A stretch of DNA of 64,000 nt from the NCBI GenBank assembly GCA_965261645.1, contig CBDHDJ010000004.1:1903661-1967660 (forward strand). The letters run 5' to 3'. The position numbers and the translations under genes were made by a program. Positions 19,399 to 28,294 of the stretch are shown here, one piece after another. The notes under the pieces are model-generated. The model saw only the letters and a list, made by a program, of their open reading frames with translations. It did not search any database and was not told the origin of the DNA. The stretch's first letter is position 1; each line of letters opens with the position of its first letter. The stretch is from Alphaproteobacteria bacterium. GTDB lineage: Bacteria > Pseudomonadota > Alphaproteobacteria > SHVV01.

Positions 19399-19444
19399 AT
19401 AGAAACCGTCGGTGTCTCAAAGTCGTTGACAGGTTCCGCAGCGC

Positions 19445-20350
19445 TTAAGTTAGAGTTTGGCGCGGGTTAAGTTGATGGGCCACCCGTAGCCCCTCAACGG
19501 CGTAGGTTGGCCCCTCAACGTTTGGCAAGATGGTTTCTGGGGCCGGCGGTCTGTATCCGAGCGAGCTATGCGGCCGGATGGTATTGTAGTGATGCCGCCA
19601 TCGTTCGATCAGCACTTTGGCCTCCTTCAATGTATAGAAGATCTCCGTGTTCAGGATTTCGTCCCGGAGCTCTGAGTTGAAGCTCTCGTTGTATCCGTTC
19701 TCCCAAGGTGACCCGGGCTCGATATAGAGGGTCTTGACGCCGATCCTGCCGAGCCAGTCGCGGACGGCATGAGCGGTAAACTCTGAGCCGTTGTCGGAAC
19801 GGATATGATCCGGCGGGCCATGTTGGACGAAGAGCCCGGTCAGACAATGGAGTACATTGTCCGAGTTCAATCTTCGCTCGACGACAACGGCCATGCACCG
19901 CCTGGTAAACTCATCGATCACGGTGAGCATGCGGGACTTCCTCCCATCGTGTGTTCGATCCATGACGAAGTCATAGGACCAGACGTGATTGGGCCAGCAC
20001 GGCCGCAGACGGATGCAGGATCCGTCGTTGAGCCACAGCCTGCCCCGTTTCGGTTGCTTCTGTGGGAGCTTCAGCCCCTCCCGCCGCCAGATGCGCTGGA
20101 CCCGCTTGGCGTTCACATGCCAACCTTCGGTCCTGAGCAAGGCAGTGATCCGCCGATAGCCATATCTGCCATACTGGCTGGCCAAGCGGATGATCGCGGC
20201 CGTGAGTGTCTCTTCATCATCCCGACCACGGGGTCTCTTGCGCTGGGTTGAGCGATGTTGGCCTGCAACAGCACAGGCACGTCGCGCGGAGATTCCCAAT
20301 TCGGCCTGGAGATGATCAACACACTGCCGGCGACGGGCGGGGCTTAGCAA
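19445..20350 (-). CDS. IS3-family transposase OrfB
   Basis: 301 aa, rve integrase core (HVWSYDFV, HIRSDNGSEF, SPWENGYNESFN). Confidence 0.85.
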   Translation of the reverse strand: MLSPARRRQCVDHLQAELGISARRACAVAGQHRSTQRKRPRGRDDEETLTAAIIRLASQYGRYGYRRITALLRTEGWHVNAKRVQRIWRREGLKLPQKQPKRGRLWLNDGSCIRLRPCWPNHVWSYDFVMDRTHDGRKSRMLTVIDEFTRRCMAVVVERRLNSDNVLHCLTGLFVQHGPPDHIRSDNGSEFTAHAVRDWLGRIGVKTLYIEPGSPWENGYNESFNSELRDEILNTEIFYTLKEAKVLIERWRHHYNTIRPHSSLGYRPPAPETILPNVEGPTYAVEGLRVAHQLNPRQTLT

Positions 20351-20646
20351 TTTCCCTCAAGCGCCTCTTTCAAGATCAGCTTATCCAACGTCAGATCCGA
20401 GATCGCCTTCCGGAGACGGCCATTCTCCTTCTCCAGGTCCTTCAGACGCTTGGCCTGGTCAGTACGAAGGCCGCCATATTCCTTGCGCCAGCGATAGTAA
20501 CTCTGCTCCGATACGCCGAGCGTGCGACAAGCTTGACCAACGGACTGGCCCTGCGCCAAGGCCACCTCGGCTTCGCGCAACATGCTGATAATCTGTTCCG
20601 GGGTGTAGCGTTTACGGCTCATTTTGTCCTCCTTTCGAGGGGGCAA
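20344..20646 (-). CDS. IS3-family transposase OrfA
   Basis: 100 aa HTH / leucine-zipper OrfA (YTPEQIISMLREAEV...). Confidence 0.8.
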   Translation of the reverse strand: MPPRKEDKMSRKRYTPEQIISMLREAEVALAQGQSVGQACRTLGVSEQSYYRWRKEYGGLRTDQAKRLKDLEKENGRLRKAISDLTLDKLILKEALEGNC

Positions 20647-20711
20647 AATGCGCCATACTCTGGAGTGCGCCCCTGAGGGTGGACAGGTTGCACGTTTGGA
20701 ATTGACCGGGA

Positions 20712-21089
20712 ATGCTGGGCTTTCAGAGGATGGAAGCCATGGCCAAGCACCGAACCTACAGTATTGAGTTCAAGCGACAGGTTGCTCAGGAATATCTCGG
20801 AGGCGAGACCCTTCACGGGCTGGCCAGGCGCCACGACGTCTCGCGCAACCTGATCCGCATCTGGGTGTCGAAGCTCGAAGCCGGCGCGTTTGACGAAGAC
20901 GTGGAGGCCGCCGGCCTTCTCCAGGAATTTGAGGCGAAGATCTCTGCCCTTGAGCGCCTGGTAGGCCGGCAGGCGCTGGAGATCGAGTTTCTAAAAGGGG
21001 CACTCAAGAGCGCACCACGGCCGAGAAGCGCGACTACGTCCGTGATTGCCGGCCCCGTGGGCTCACCATCGCGCGAGGATGTCGTCTGA
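20712..21089 (+). CDS. IS3-family transposase OrfA
   Basis: 125 aa ([15 protein letters not shown]...). Confidence 0.8.
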   Translation: MLGFQRMEAMAKHRTYSIEFKRQVAQEYLGGETLHGLARRHDVSRNLIRIWVSKLEAGAFDEDVEAAGLLQEFEAKISALERLVGRQALEIEFLKGALKSAPRPRSATTSVIAGPVGSPSREDVV

Positions 21090-21883
21090 TGGGCCTGCCG
21101 CGCTCCACCTACTACGATACGCCGGCGACCGAGGCCGACACCGAGATCGTCGCCCGCATCACGGCGATCTGCGAAGAGTTTGAGGCTTACGGCTATCGAC
21201 GTGTCGGGGCCGAGCTACGCCATCAGGGGATCGTCGTCAACGGTAAGAAGATCCGCCGTCTGATGCGCCAGCACGACCTACAGCCCAAGCGTCGCAGGCG
21301 TTTCATCGCCACAACCGACAGCGATCACGATAGTCCGATCTTCTCCAACCGCGCCAAGGACGTTACGGCCGACAGGCCGAACCAGCTCTGGGTCGCAGAC
21401 ATCACCTACGTCGCGATCGCCGTTGGCTTCGTTTATGCCGCCGTCATCCTCGATGCGTGGTCACGCCGCGTCGTTGGTTATGCCATCAGCCGCTCGATCG
21501 ATACGCGGCTCACCTTGGCAGCGCTCAAGGCCGCTGTCCGGTCACGACAGCCGCCAAGGGGCTGTATCCACCATTCGGATCGCGGATCGCAATACGCAGC
21601 GGCAGACTATCGCAAGCTGCTCGCCAAACATGGGCTGATCGGCTCGATGAGCCGGCGTGGCAACCCTTACGAGAACGCTATGGCTGAGAGTTTCATGAAG
21701 ACGCTCAAGGTCGAAGCAGTCTATCTCATGGAATACGAGACTTTCGACGACGTTACCGCAGACCTTCCCAGATTCATCGATGAGGTCTACAACTCACGAC
21801 CTCTCCACTCCGCGCTCGGATATCTGAGCCCGGTACAGTTCGAGGATCAACATGCCCGGCATACGGTCAAGGCCGCCGAGTGA
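21089..21883 (+). CDS. IS3-family transposase OrfB
   Basis: 264 aa rve integrase core ([31 protein letters not shown]). Confidence 0.85.
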   Translation: MGLPRSTYYDTPATEADTEIVARITAICEEFEAYGYRRVGAELRHQGIVVNGKKIRRLMRQHDLQPKRRRRFIATTDSDHDSPIFSNRAKDVTADRPNQLWVADITYVAIAVGFVYAAVILDAWSRRVVGYAISRSIDTRLTLAALKAAVRSRQPPRGCIHHSDRGSQYAAADYRKLLAKHGLIGSMSRRGNPYENAMAESFMKTLKVEAVYLMEYETFDDVTADLPRFIDEVYNSRPLHSALGYLSPVQFEDQHARHTVKAAE

Positions 21884-21916
21884 TCCTGTCCGGACATAGG
21901 GGCGCACTCCACTCTC

Positions 21917-22546
21917 TTAACAAATCTGGACCACTTTTAGGGGGTCACTCCAACCCTGGAGCCTCTCGTGCGCGGCCTCGATCAGGCGCTGCATCCGTGG
22001 GGCGGTGAGCTTGGCCGGGTGGTGAGCAGTCATGTTCATACCGCTTGTCGCCGGCACACCGGCGAAGGCGAGGCGTTGCAGGGTGGCGAAGCGCGCGGCA
22101 CGCTGGACGTCGGTCAGGGTTTCCGGCGGCACCACGAGCAGACGCCTAAACTCCCGCCTGGAGGCGATGACCCAGCGGAACTGACGGGCGAGCTCGTCCG
22201 GGTGCTCGCGCATGATGCGGAACAGGTTGATGATCTCGCTTTTGGGCCGTTTCGATCGTCTTAGAAAGACACCGCCCATGCCGACGAAAGGTTCGGCGAA
22301 GCAGTCATGCGGGACGGCCTCAATGCGTTCGATGATGCGGCGGGCGAGATAGCGCTTTCCGCCGAACCAGGGCGCGATGGGCTCGGCGGGCACTATCTCC
22401 CGGAGCGGACCGGGAATCCGTTTCCTCTTCCGCGCCACAGCTCTCTCCCACGATAATGCTCCCGCCCCTCGGGGGGCGGGACGGCCGCGATGCGGCCGGT
22501 TGCGGTCGTGGGAGCTCAAATCTCCCGGCTCGGGATGCTTCAACAT
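21917..22546 (-). pseudogene. Dam-like N6-adenine DNA methyltransferase (D12 class), 3'-truncated by IS3 insertion
   Basis: N-terminal Dam motifs (PWFGGKRYLARRI, EPFVGMGGVFL) present. The DPPY-containing C-terminus is absent. The last 10 codons (SDPLKVVQIC*) are encoded by the IS3 copy-2 terminal repeat. Start codon uncertain. Confidence 0.6.
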
Positions 22547-22641
22547 CCCGGCCCCCGCCTTTTTCGGGCCGGCGCGTGACGCCAGGCCCGCCGGTCAAGG
22601 GGGCTTAAGCGTCCCATTCCAGCAGATCGGGCGATCTCGTT

Positions 22642-22665
22642 GCAGCGGACCATGGTCCGCTGCAC
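22642..22665. promoter_or_regulatory. 24-bp perfect palindrome TGCAGCGGACCATGGTCCGCTGCA in divergent intergenic region upstream of head operon
   Basis: Contains the same 20-bp core as the site at 14901-14920. Lies 142 bp upstream of the gene I start, between the divergent dam-like and I genes. Confidence 0.4.
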
Positions 22666-22806
22666 AGACGCTGCGGGATCGGTTTAGATCGCCGTCATGA
22701 ACGGCTTTCCCGTGACCGAATGCCCGCCGCCGGAAGCTCCCGTCCGCCCCGACGACCTCCTGTCCGAGGGGCGGGCGGGGGCGACCTGCGCGCCCGTAGC
22801 CACGTC

Positions 22807-23979
22807 ATGAGCGCGCTCGACGGCTGGATCGATGTCTTCCGCGCCGGCACCCACCGGGATTCGGCGGGTCGGGAGCGCACCTGGTCGGCCGGCGACCTCG
22901 ACGCCATCGTGTCCGCGCACGAGCGCGGCGATCCGGCGCCGGTGGTGGTGGGGCACCCGCAGATGAACGCCCCGGCCTGGGGCTGGATCGATGCGCTGCG
23001 GCGCACCGGTGACCGGCTGCAGGCGAAGCTCCGCGATCTCGACCCGGCCTTTCGCGAGGCGGTCGAGGCGGGCCGCTATGCGGGCCGCTCGGTCGCGCTG
23101 CAAGACGGCGGCGATGGCTTCCGGCTGCAACATCTGGGATTTCTCGGGGGCGCGGCGCCGGCGGTAAGCGGCCTGGCGCCAACGCGGTTCTCGGGCGCGC
23201 CCACGCACACCTACAGCTTCGCCGCCCCTGGGCCAGAGAACTGGGGCGTGATCGCGCGGACGTTGCGGCGCCTGCGCGAGTGGATCATCGAGCGCGACGG
23301 CCAGGACAAGGCGGACGGTCTGATCCCCGATTGGGAGACCGAGGCGCTCCGCGAGGCCGGGGAAAGCTCCGGCGCAGCGAGCTTCGCGGCCACCGGCACG
23401 GCCGCTGAGACCGCACCCGAACCAGACGACGAGCACGGCGATGCCAATGAGGCAGCCGCCGGAACCGACACCAAGACGGAGGACGAGATGTCCGGAGACG
23501 ACAAGAAGACAGCCGCCGATGCGGCCGAACGGGAGAAGCTCGAGGCCGAACGCAGGGAACTGGAGGAACGCGAGACGGCGCTCGTGGCCGAGCGCGCGGC
23601 CTTCGCGGCCGAGGAGCGGCGCCGTGCTGCCGGGGCCGAGCTCGAGGCGCACGTCGCCGCGGGCCGGGTGCTGCCGGCGGAGAAGGACGGATTGGCCAGC
23701 TTCATGGCGGTGCTGCCGGACAGTGAGGACGCGACCATCACCTTCGCCGCGGGCGGTGCCGAGGCCACGGAAACGCCCAGGGCCTACTTCGCAAGCTTCC
23801 TTGCCCGCCTGCCCAAACGCATCGACTACGGCGAGACCGCCGGCGGCGCCGGGCCGGTCGATGCGAACGACCCCGCCCAGGTGGCACGCGAGGCCAGGAC
23901 CTTGATGGCGGCCGATACGACCGGCGCCCTCACCATCGACCGCGCCGTGCGCCAGGTGGCCGGACACCAAGAGGGCTGA
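22807..23979 (+). CDS. Mu gpI-like prohead protease / scaffold protein
   Basis: N-terminus MSALDGWIDVFRAGTHRDSAG...PVVVGHPQMNAPAWGWIDAL matches the Mu-like prophage I protein family. Acidic coiled-coil C-terminal half (scaffold-like). Confidence 0.7.
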   Translation: MSALDGWIDVFRAGTHRDSAGRERTWSAGDLDAIVSAHERGDPAPVVVGHPQMNAPAWGWIDALRRTGDRLQAKLRDLDPAFREAVEAGRYAGRSVALQDGGDGFRLQHLGFLGGAAPAVSGLAPTRFSGAPTHTYSFAAPGPENWGVIARTLRRLREWIIERDGQDKADGLIPDWETEALREAGESSGAASFAATGTAAETAPEPDDEHGDANEAAAGTDTKTEDEMSGDDKKTAADAAEREKLEAERRELEERETALVAERAAFAAEERRRAAGAELEAHVAAGRVLPAEKDGLASFMAVLPDSEDATITFAAGGAEATETPRAYFASFLARLPKRIDYGETAGGAGPVDANDPAQVAREARTLMAADTTGALTIDRAVRQVAGHQEG

Positions 23980-23980
23980 C

Positions 23981-24548
23981 ATGGACTATCTGCTGACCAA
24001 GAACTTGCACCGCCGAAGCCGCGGTCAAGAAACGCCGCATCGTCAAGTTCGGCGCCACCGATACCGCGGTGGAACCCGCCACCGGCGCGGGCGATGACCT
24101 GATCGGCATCACCGCCGTGCTTGACGTTGCCGCGAATGCGCGCATCGACGTGCATCTGGCGGGCATTGCCGAGGCCGAGGCCGGCGGGGCCATTAGCCGC
24201 GGCGCGTTGATTACCGCTGATGGCGACGGCAAGGCGGCCGAGGCGGAGACCGCGACCGTGTTCCAGGCCGCGATCGCCGGCGCGGCGGCGAATACCGACA
24301 TCACAGCGACAGGAATCAAACCGGCCGACGAGCTGGTCTCGGTGGTCGAGTTGGCTGACGGCTATGCCGATCGGACGGCCAACGCCGCGATCCATGCCGC
24401 CGACACCATCCGTATCACCGACGCCACCAACGGCGACCGCCTGCTGGTGACCTGGCGGCGGCCCGTGCGCACCGTCGGCATCGCGCTGCAAGGCGCGGCC
24501 GCCGCCGGCGATCTCATCCGCGTGCTGATCCAGCCCGGCCTCGTTTAA
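23981..24548 (+). CDS. DUF2190-like head decoration protein, tandemly duplicated domain; start codon and body in different frames
   Basis: Body (open from 23997) reads ...TAEAAVKKRRIVKFGATDTAVEPATGAGDDLIGITAV... and contains two DUF2190-like halves. The only upstream ATG (23981) is in the +1-shifted frame. The first in-frame start is GTG at 24069. Confidence 0.55.
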
Positions 24549-24558
24549 GGAGACGGAC

Positions 24559-25530
24559 ATGCCAGACCTTCCTTCCACCTATCCGGTCGACTTCGAACGC
24601 ACCGCGATCGCAGTCGGCTATACCAACGTCGAGTATGTCGCCGACCGGGTGCTTCCGCGCGTGCGCGTGGCCCGCAAGGAGTACCGCTACACGAGCTATC
24701 CGCTGGAGGAATCCTTCTCAGTGCCCGACACCCTTGTCGGCCGGCGTTCCTCGCCCACCATGATCCACCTGAGCGCGGATGAGAAGGCGGGCGTCTGCCG
24801 CGACTTCGGGCTCGAGGACGCGATCCCCAAGGACGACGTGGACAACGCGCCGCAGACGGTACGCGATCCCCGCGACCGCTCCTCTATGACGCTTGCCGAT
24901 CTCCTCATGATCGATCGCGAGAAACGGGCCGCCGAGCTGGTGTTCAAGGCCGAGACCTATCCGATCGGCAACAAGTCGACGCTCGCCGGCACGAGCCAGT
25001 GGAGCGATACCGATTCCGACCCGGTGACGGCCATCGTCAATGCCGTCGAGGGCATGGTGGCCAAGCCCAACCGCATGGTGCTCGGCTCCCAGGTGTGGGC
25101 CAAGCTCAGGACCCACAAGAAGGTGGTGGGCGCGCTCGGCCGGCGCCAGACCGACGCCGGCATCGCGCTCCGCGAGGAGGTCGCCGATCTGTTCGAGCTC
25201 ACAGACATCGTCGTCGGCCAGGCCTGGATCAACACCGCGGCGCGGGGTCAGGACGCGAGCCTCGCCCGGGTCTGGGGCAAGCATGCGCTGTTGTACCGCG
25301 CCGATCCCATGGCCGGGGCCGAGGGCCCGCCGGCGCTCGGCATCACCGCCGAATACGTGCCTGCGGGCACGGGCGGCGGCGACACCGCGCTGCCCGGCCG
25401 CACCGTCTATACCGGCTTCGATCCCAAGATCGGCGCGCACGGCAGCTACGTGGTGCGTGTGGTCGAGAGCTGCGACGAGCAGATCGTCGCCAGCCGCGCC
25501 GGCTATCTGTTCGCCGACGCGGTCGCCTGA
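24559..25530 (+). CDS. phage major capsid protein (lambda gpE-like family)
   Basis: 323 aa directly downstream of the decoration-like gene. N-terminus MPDLPSTYPVDFERTAIAVGYTNVEYVADRVLPRV. Size and position fit a major capsid protein. Confidence 0.7.
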   Translation: MPDLPSTYPVDFERTAIAVGYTNVEYVADRVLPRVRVARKEYRYTSYPLEESFSVPDTLVGRRSSPTMIHLSADEKAGVCRDFGLEDAIPKDDVDNAPQTVRDPRDRSSMTLADLLMIDREKRAAELVFKAETYPIGNKSTLAGTSQWSDTDSDPVTAIVNAVEGMVAKPNRMVLGSQVWAKLRTHKKVVGALGRRQTDAGIALREEVADLFELTDIVVGQAWINTAARGQDASLARVWGKHALLYRADPMAGAEGPPALGITAEYVPAGTGGGDTALPGRTVYTGFDPKIGAHGSYVVRVVESCDEQIVASRAGYLFADAVA

Positions 25531-25541
25531 GGAGACGGCGC

Positions 25542-25934
25542 ATGAACGAGATCGCTATTCGAGCCGTCTGGGACATCTATCACGACGGCACCCGCATCGC
25601 GCCGGGCAAGACCGCGGTTCTGCCTGAGGAGACCGCCCGTGCCCCGATCGAGGGCGGCGCGGCCGAGACGCCCGAGACGCCCGAGGCGCCAGTCGATAGC
25701 GCCGAGTTGGCCGAGGCCCCGCTAGACACCGATCCGGAAGACACCGCAACAGGCGACGACCGCCGGTTGGCGATCCTGGCAGCTATCGCCGGGCTCGTGC
25801 CGGGCAACCCGGATCATTGGACCAAGTCGGGCAAGCCCGAGGTGCGGGCGCTGGAAGCGGCCACCGGCCTCGACGATATCTCGGCGGCCGAGCGCGACGC
25901 GGTTTGGACAGATCATCAGGCGGCGCGCGGGTAG
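25542..25934 (+). CDS. hypothetical phage protein (130 aa)
   Basis: ATG at 25542 with upstream ggagacgg. Acidic Pro/Glu-rich middle region. No family recognised. Confidence 0.45.
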   Translation: MNEIAIRAVWDIYHDGTRIAPGKTAVLPEETARAPIEGGAAETPETPEAPVDSAELAEAPLDTDPEDTATGDDRRLAILAAIAGLVPGNPDHWTKSGKPEVRALEAATGLDDISAAERDAVWTDHQAARG

Positions 25935-25943
25935 GGCTGCCGC

Positions 25944-26351
25944 ATGATCTACGCCGCCCGCGCCGATCTGGAGGCCCGTTTCGGGGCCGACGAGATTGCC
26001 CGCCTGGCCGACACCGGCGACGACGGCGCGGCGCGCATGGACGCGGCGCTCGCCGACGCCGCGGCAGCGATCGAGGCAATGCTTCGCGAGGCCTTCGAGG
26101 CGCCGCTGCCGGACGGCAGCTACCCGCTGCTGACGGCCGTGGCCTGCGATTTGGCGCGCGAGCGGCTCTATGACGACAAGGCGCCGGAGGCGGTAACGGC
26201 GCGCGCCGAACTGGCCCGCGCGAGCCTCACGGACATCGCCACCGACGATGACGCCCGAGAACCTGCAAGGTCTCTGAGATGCCCGGTGCCGGGATCAGGA
26301 TCGAGATCCAGACCGACGACGCGGCGCTGCAGGCGGCATTCAAGCGCCTGA
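25944..26351 (+). CDS. Mu gp36-like protein (DUF1320)
   Basis: N-terminus MIYAARADLEARFGADEIARLAD... typical of DUF1320. The 3' end may be shorter than the ORF (overlaps the next gene). Confidence 0.6.
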   Translation: MIYAARADLEARFGADEIARLADTGDDGAARMDAALADAAAAIEAMLREAFEAPLPDGSYPLLTAVACDLARERLYDDKAPEAVTARAELARASLTDIATDDDAREPARSLRCPVPGSGSRSRPTTRRCRRHSSA

Positions 26352-26800
26352 CCGCAACGCTCGGCGATCTGTGGCCCGAGATGGACGAGATCGGCCAGAC
26401 GCTCACGACCTCGGTGATCGACCGCTTCGATCGCGAGCGCGGTCCCGGTGGCGTGCCATGGAAGCCGAGCGCGCGCGCCAGGACCGAGGGCGGCCAGACG
26501 CTGACCGATACGGGCCGGCTGCGCGCCTCGATCACCCATCGCGCCTCGCGAGATTCCGTCGAGGTCGGCACTAATGTGGCCTATGCCGCGATCCATCAGT
26601 TCGGCGGCAAGACGGCGCCGCGCACGATCCAGCCCAGGCACAAGAAAGCGCTCTATTGGCCCGGCGCCTGGTACCCGGTTGCTCAAGTTAACCACCCCGG
26701 ATCGACCATCCCGGCGCGGCCGTTTCTTGGTATCGACGCGGACGAGCGGGCCTCGATCCTGCGCATTGTCTCCCGCGCCATCGAGAGGGCGGTGTCGTGA
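26279..26800 (+). CDS. phage virion morphogenesis protein (Mu G-like)
   Basis: 173 aa. HQFGGKTAPRTIQPRHKKALYWPGAW...IPARPFLGI matches the virion morphogenesis family. Confidence 0.65.
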   Translation: MPGAGIRIEIQTDDAALQAAFKRLTATLGDLWPEMDEIGQTLTTSVIDRFDRERGPGGVPWKPSARARTEGGQTLTDTGRLRASITHRASRDSVEVGTNVAYAAIHQFGGKTAPRTIQPRHKKALYWPGAWYPVAQVNHPGSTIPARPFLGIDADERASILRIVSRAIERAVS

Positions 26801-27273
26801 CGGCGCGGGCGATCGAGTTCCGGGCGGTCGACGCGATCATCGCCCGCCTCGAGGAGACGGGCATCTACCGAGAGGTTCTGGGCGCCCTCGACGTGGCGGC
26901 GCTCTCGTCCTGGCCCCGGACACCGGCGGCCTTCGTGCTACCGGTTGCCGAGGATGCCACCGACCGCGTGGCGCCGGCCATCCAGGCGACGCAGCACACC
27001 ACGGCGACGATCGGCGTGCAGACGCTGTTGTCGGCACCCAACGACCGCACGGGCGGTCGTACCCGCGACGAGCTTTCCGAGGTCCTGGCCGCCTCGCGCG
27101 CGGCGCTCGCCGGCTGGACGCCGGAGGGCGCCCGCGAGGTGTTGCAGTTCCGCCGCGGCTTTCTGATCGGCATTGACGGCGGCCGCGTCGAGTGGCGCGA
27201 CGAATACCACCTGCGCTGGTGGACGGCGGGCATCGTCCGTGACGCCGGCATGCCGGCGAGGCTCAGGGCGTGA
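26797..27273 (+). CDS. putative head-tail completion protein (Mu gp37/DUF1834-like)
   Basis: 158 aa. GTG start overlapping the upstream stop. Position between head and tail genes. Confidence 0.4.
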   Translation: MTARAIEFRAVDAIIARLEETGIYREVLGALDVAALSSWPRTPAAFVLPVAEDATDRVAPAIQATQHTTATIGVQTLLSAPNDRTGGRTRDELSEVLAASRAALAGWTPEGAREVLQFRRGFLIGIDGGRVEWRDEYHLRWWTAGIVRDAGMPARLRA

Positions 27274-27290
27274 AAGAGGGAGAGACGACC

Positions 27291-27479
27291 ATGATGCGCA
27301 AGACCGACACCCGCGAGGAGAGGGTCCTGGCCAAGCCTATTGTCCAGGCGGGCATCGAGCGTGCGCCGGGCGAGACGGTGCGGCTCCGGCCCGATTAGAT
27401 CGCGAGGCTCGAGGCGGAGGGGTGCTTCGAGCCGGTTCGGGCCAAGGCCGGCCGCGGCGACAAGGAGATGGGAACATGA
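27291..27479 (+). pseudogene. small phage ORF (62 codons) with in-frame TAG at 27396-27398, coupled to major tail gene
   Basis: RBS gagggagag then ATG. Reads MMRKTDTREERVLAKPIVQAGIERAPGETVRLRPD*IARLEAEGCFEPVRAKAGRGDKEMGT, coding-like on both sides of the TAG. Its TGA overlaps the ATG of the next gene (ACATGAG). Confidence 0.3.
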
Positions 27480-28294
27480 GCGCGACGACCAAGAAACACA
27501 CGGACAACATCGTCATCGGCGCGGGCGAGCTTTATATCGACCTGCTCGACGGCGACGGCGACGACGGCACGGCGGGCGAGCGCTATCTCGGCGACGGCGT
27601 CGGCGCCAGCCTCTCGGTGACCACCGAGCGCGTTCAGGTGTTCTCCGGCACCGGCCCAGTGGCCAGGAAGCTCGTCGACGCGGTGCGCTCGATCAACCGC
27701 TCCATGAGCATCACGCTGCACGACATGAGCCACGACAACCTGGCGCTGTTCGTCGGCGGCACGGAGGTCGAGGACATAACGGACGCCGTCAACCAGGTGA
27801 CCAACGAGGCACTCGCGGTCAGGAAGGGCCGCTGGTATCAGTTGGGTGTCAAGACCGACAAGCCTACCGGCATCGGCGCCATCGACGCCACGGCGGCCAA
27901 AACCGTGGTCACCGACACCGACGAGTCGAGCCCCACCACGTACGACGCCGGCGACGACTACACGGTCGATGCCGAACGGGGCCGCCTCTACATCGTGCCG
28001 GGGGGCGACATCGCCGACGGCGCGGCCATTCTCGTCGACTACACGCCGGTCGCGGCGACCCGCAAGCTGGTCAAGACTGGCGGTCTGAAAGACATCCGCG
28101 CCGCCTTGCGCTACATCGAGACCCCGGTCGCGGGAAAGGGGCGCGATTACTACGCGCCGCTCTGTTCGATCGGCGCCTCGGGCGAGATTGGCCTGATGAA
28201 CCGGGACAGCGACCAACAGATCCAGTTGACCGCCGAGATCCTCGAGCCCGGCGCCGGCAAGGCCGCGCTGCTGATCGACGGCGAGGCGGTCTGA
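27476..28294 (+). CDS. putative major tail (tube) protein
   Basis: 272 aa. MSATTKKHTDNIVIGAGELYIDLLDG.... Located immediately upstream of the chaperone and tape-measure genes. Confidence 0.55.
   Translation: MSATTKKHTDNIVIGAGELYIDLLDGDGDDGTAGERYLGDGVGASLSVTTERVQVFSGTGPVARKLVDAVRSINRSMSITLHDMSHDNLALFVGGTEVEDITDAVNQVTNEALAVRKGRWYQLGVKTDKPTGIGAIDATAAKTVVTDTDESSPTTYDAGDDYTVDAERGRLYIVPGGDIADGAAILVDYTPVAATRKLVKTGGLKDIRAALRYIETPVAGKGRDYYAPLCSIGASGEIGLMNRDSDQQIQLTAEILEPGAGKAALLIDGEAV

Larger units (their letters stand above)
17857..19419 (+). mobile_element. IS3-family insertion sequence (copy 1)
   Basis: orfA/orfB pair with the overlap typical of -1 frameshift IS3 elements. Imperfect terminal repeats tgagacaccggcg... 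(17857-) and ...cgtcggtgtctca (-19419). Confidence 0.6.
20661..21911 (+). mobile_element. IS3-family insertion sequence (copy 3, 1251 bp) with 3-bp CTC target duplication
   Basis: Terminal repeats tggagtgcgcccctgagggtggacagg (20661-) and cctgtccggacataggggcgcactcca (-21911). Flanking ctc on both sides (20658-20660 and 21912-21914). Confidence 0.75.
19427..21947 (-). mobile_element. IS3-family insertion sequence (copy 2), itself interrupted by IS3 copy 3
   Basis: orfB 19445..20350 and orfA 20344..20646 on the minus strand. Terminal tgac... at 19427 and ...tagggggtca ending at 21947. Its 5' terminal repeat is split by the 20661-21911 insertion. Confidence 0.5.
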
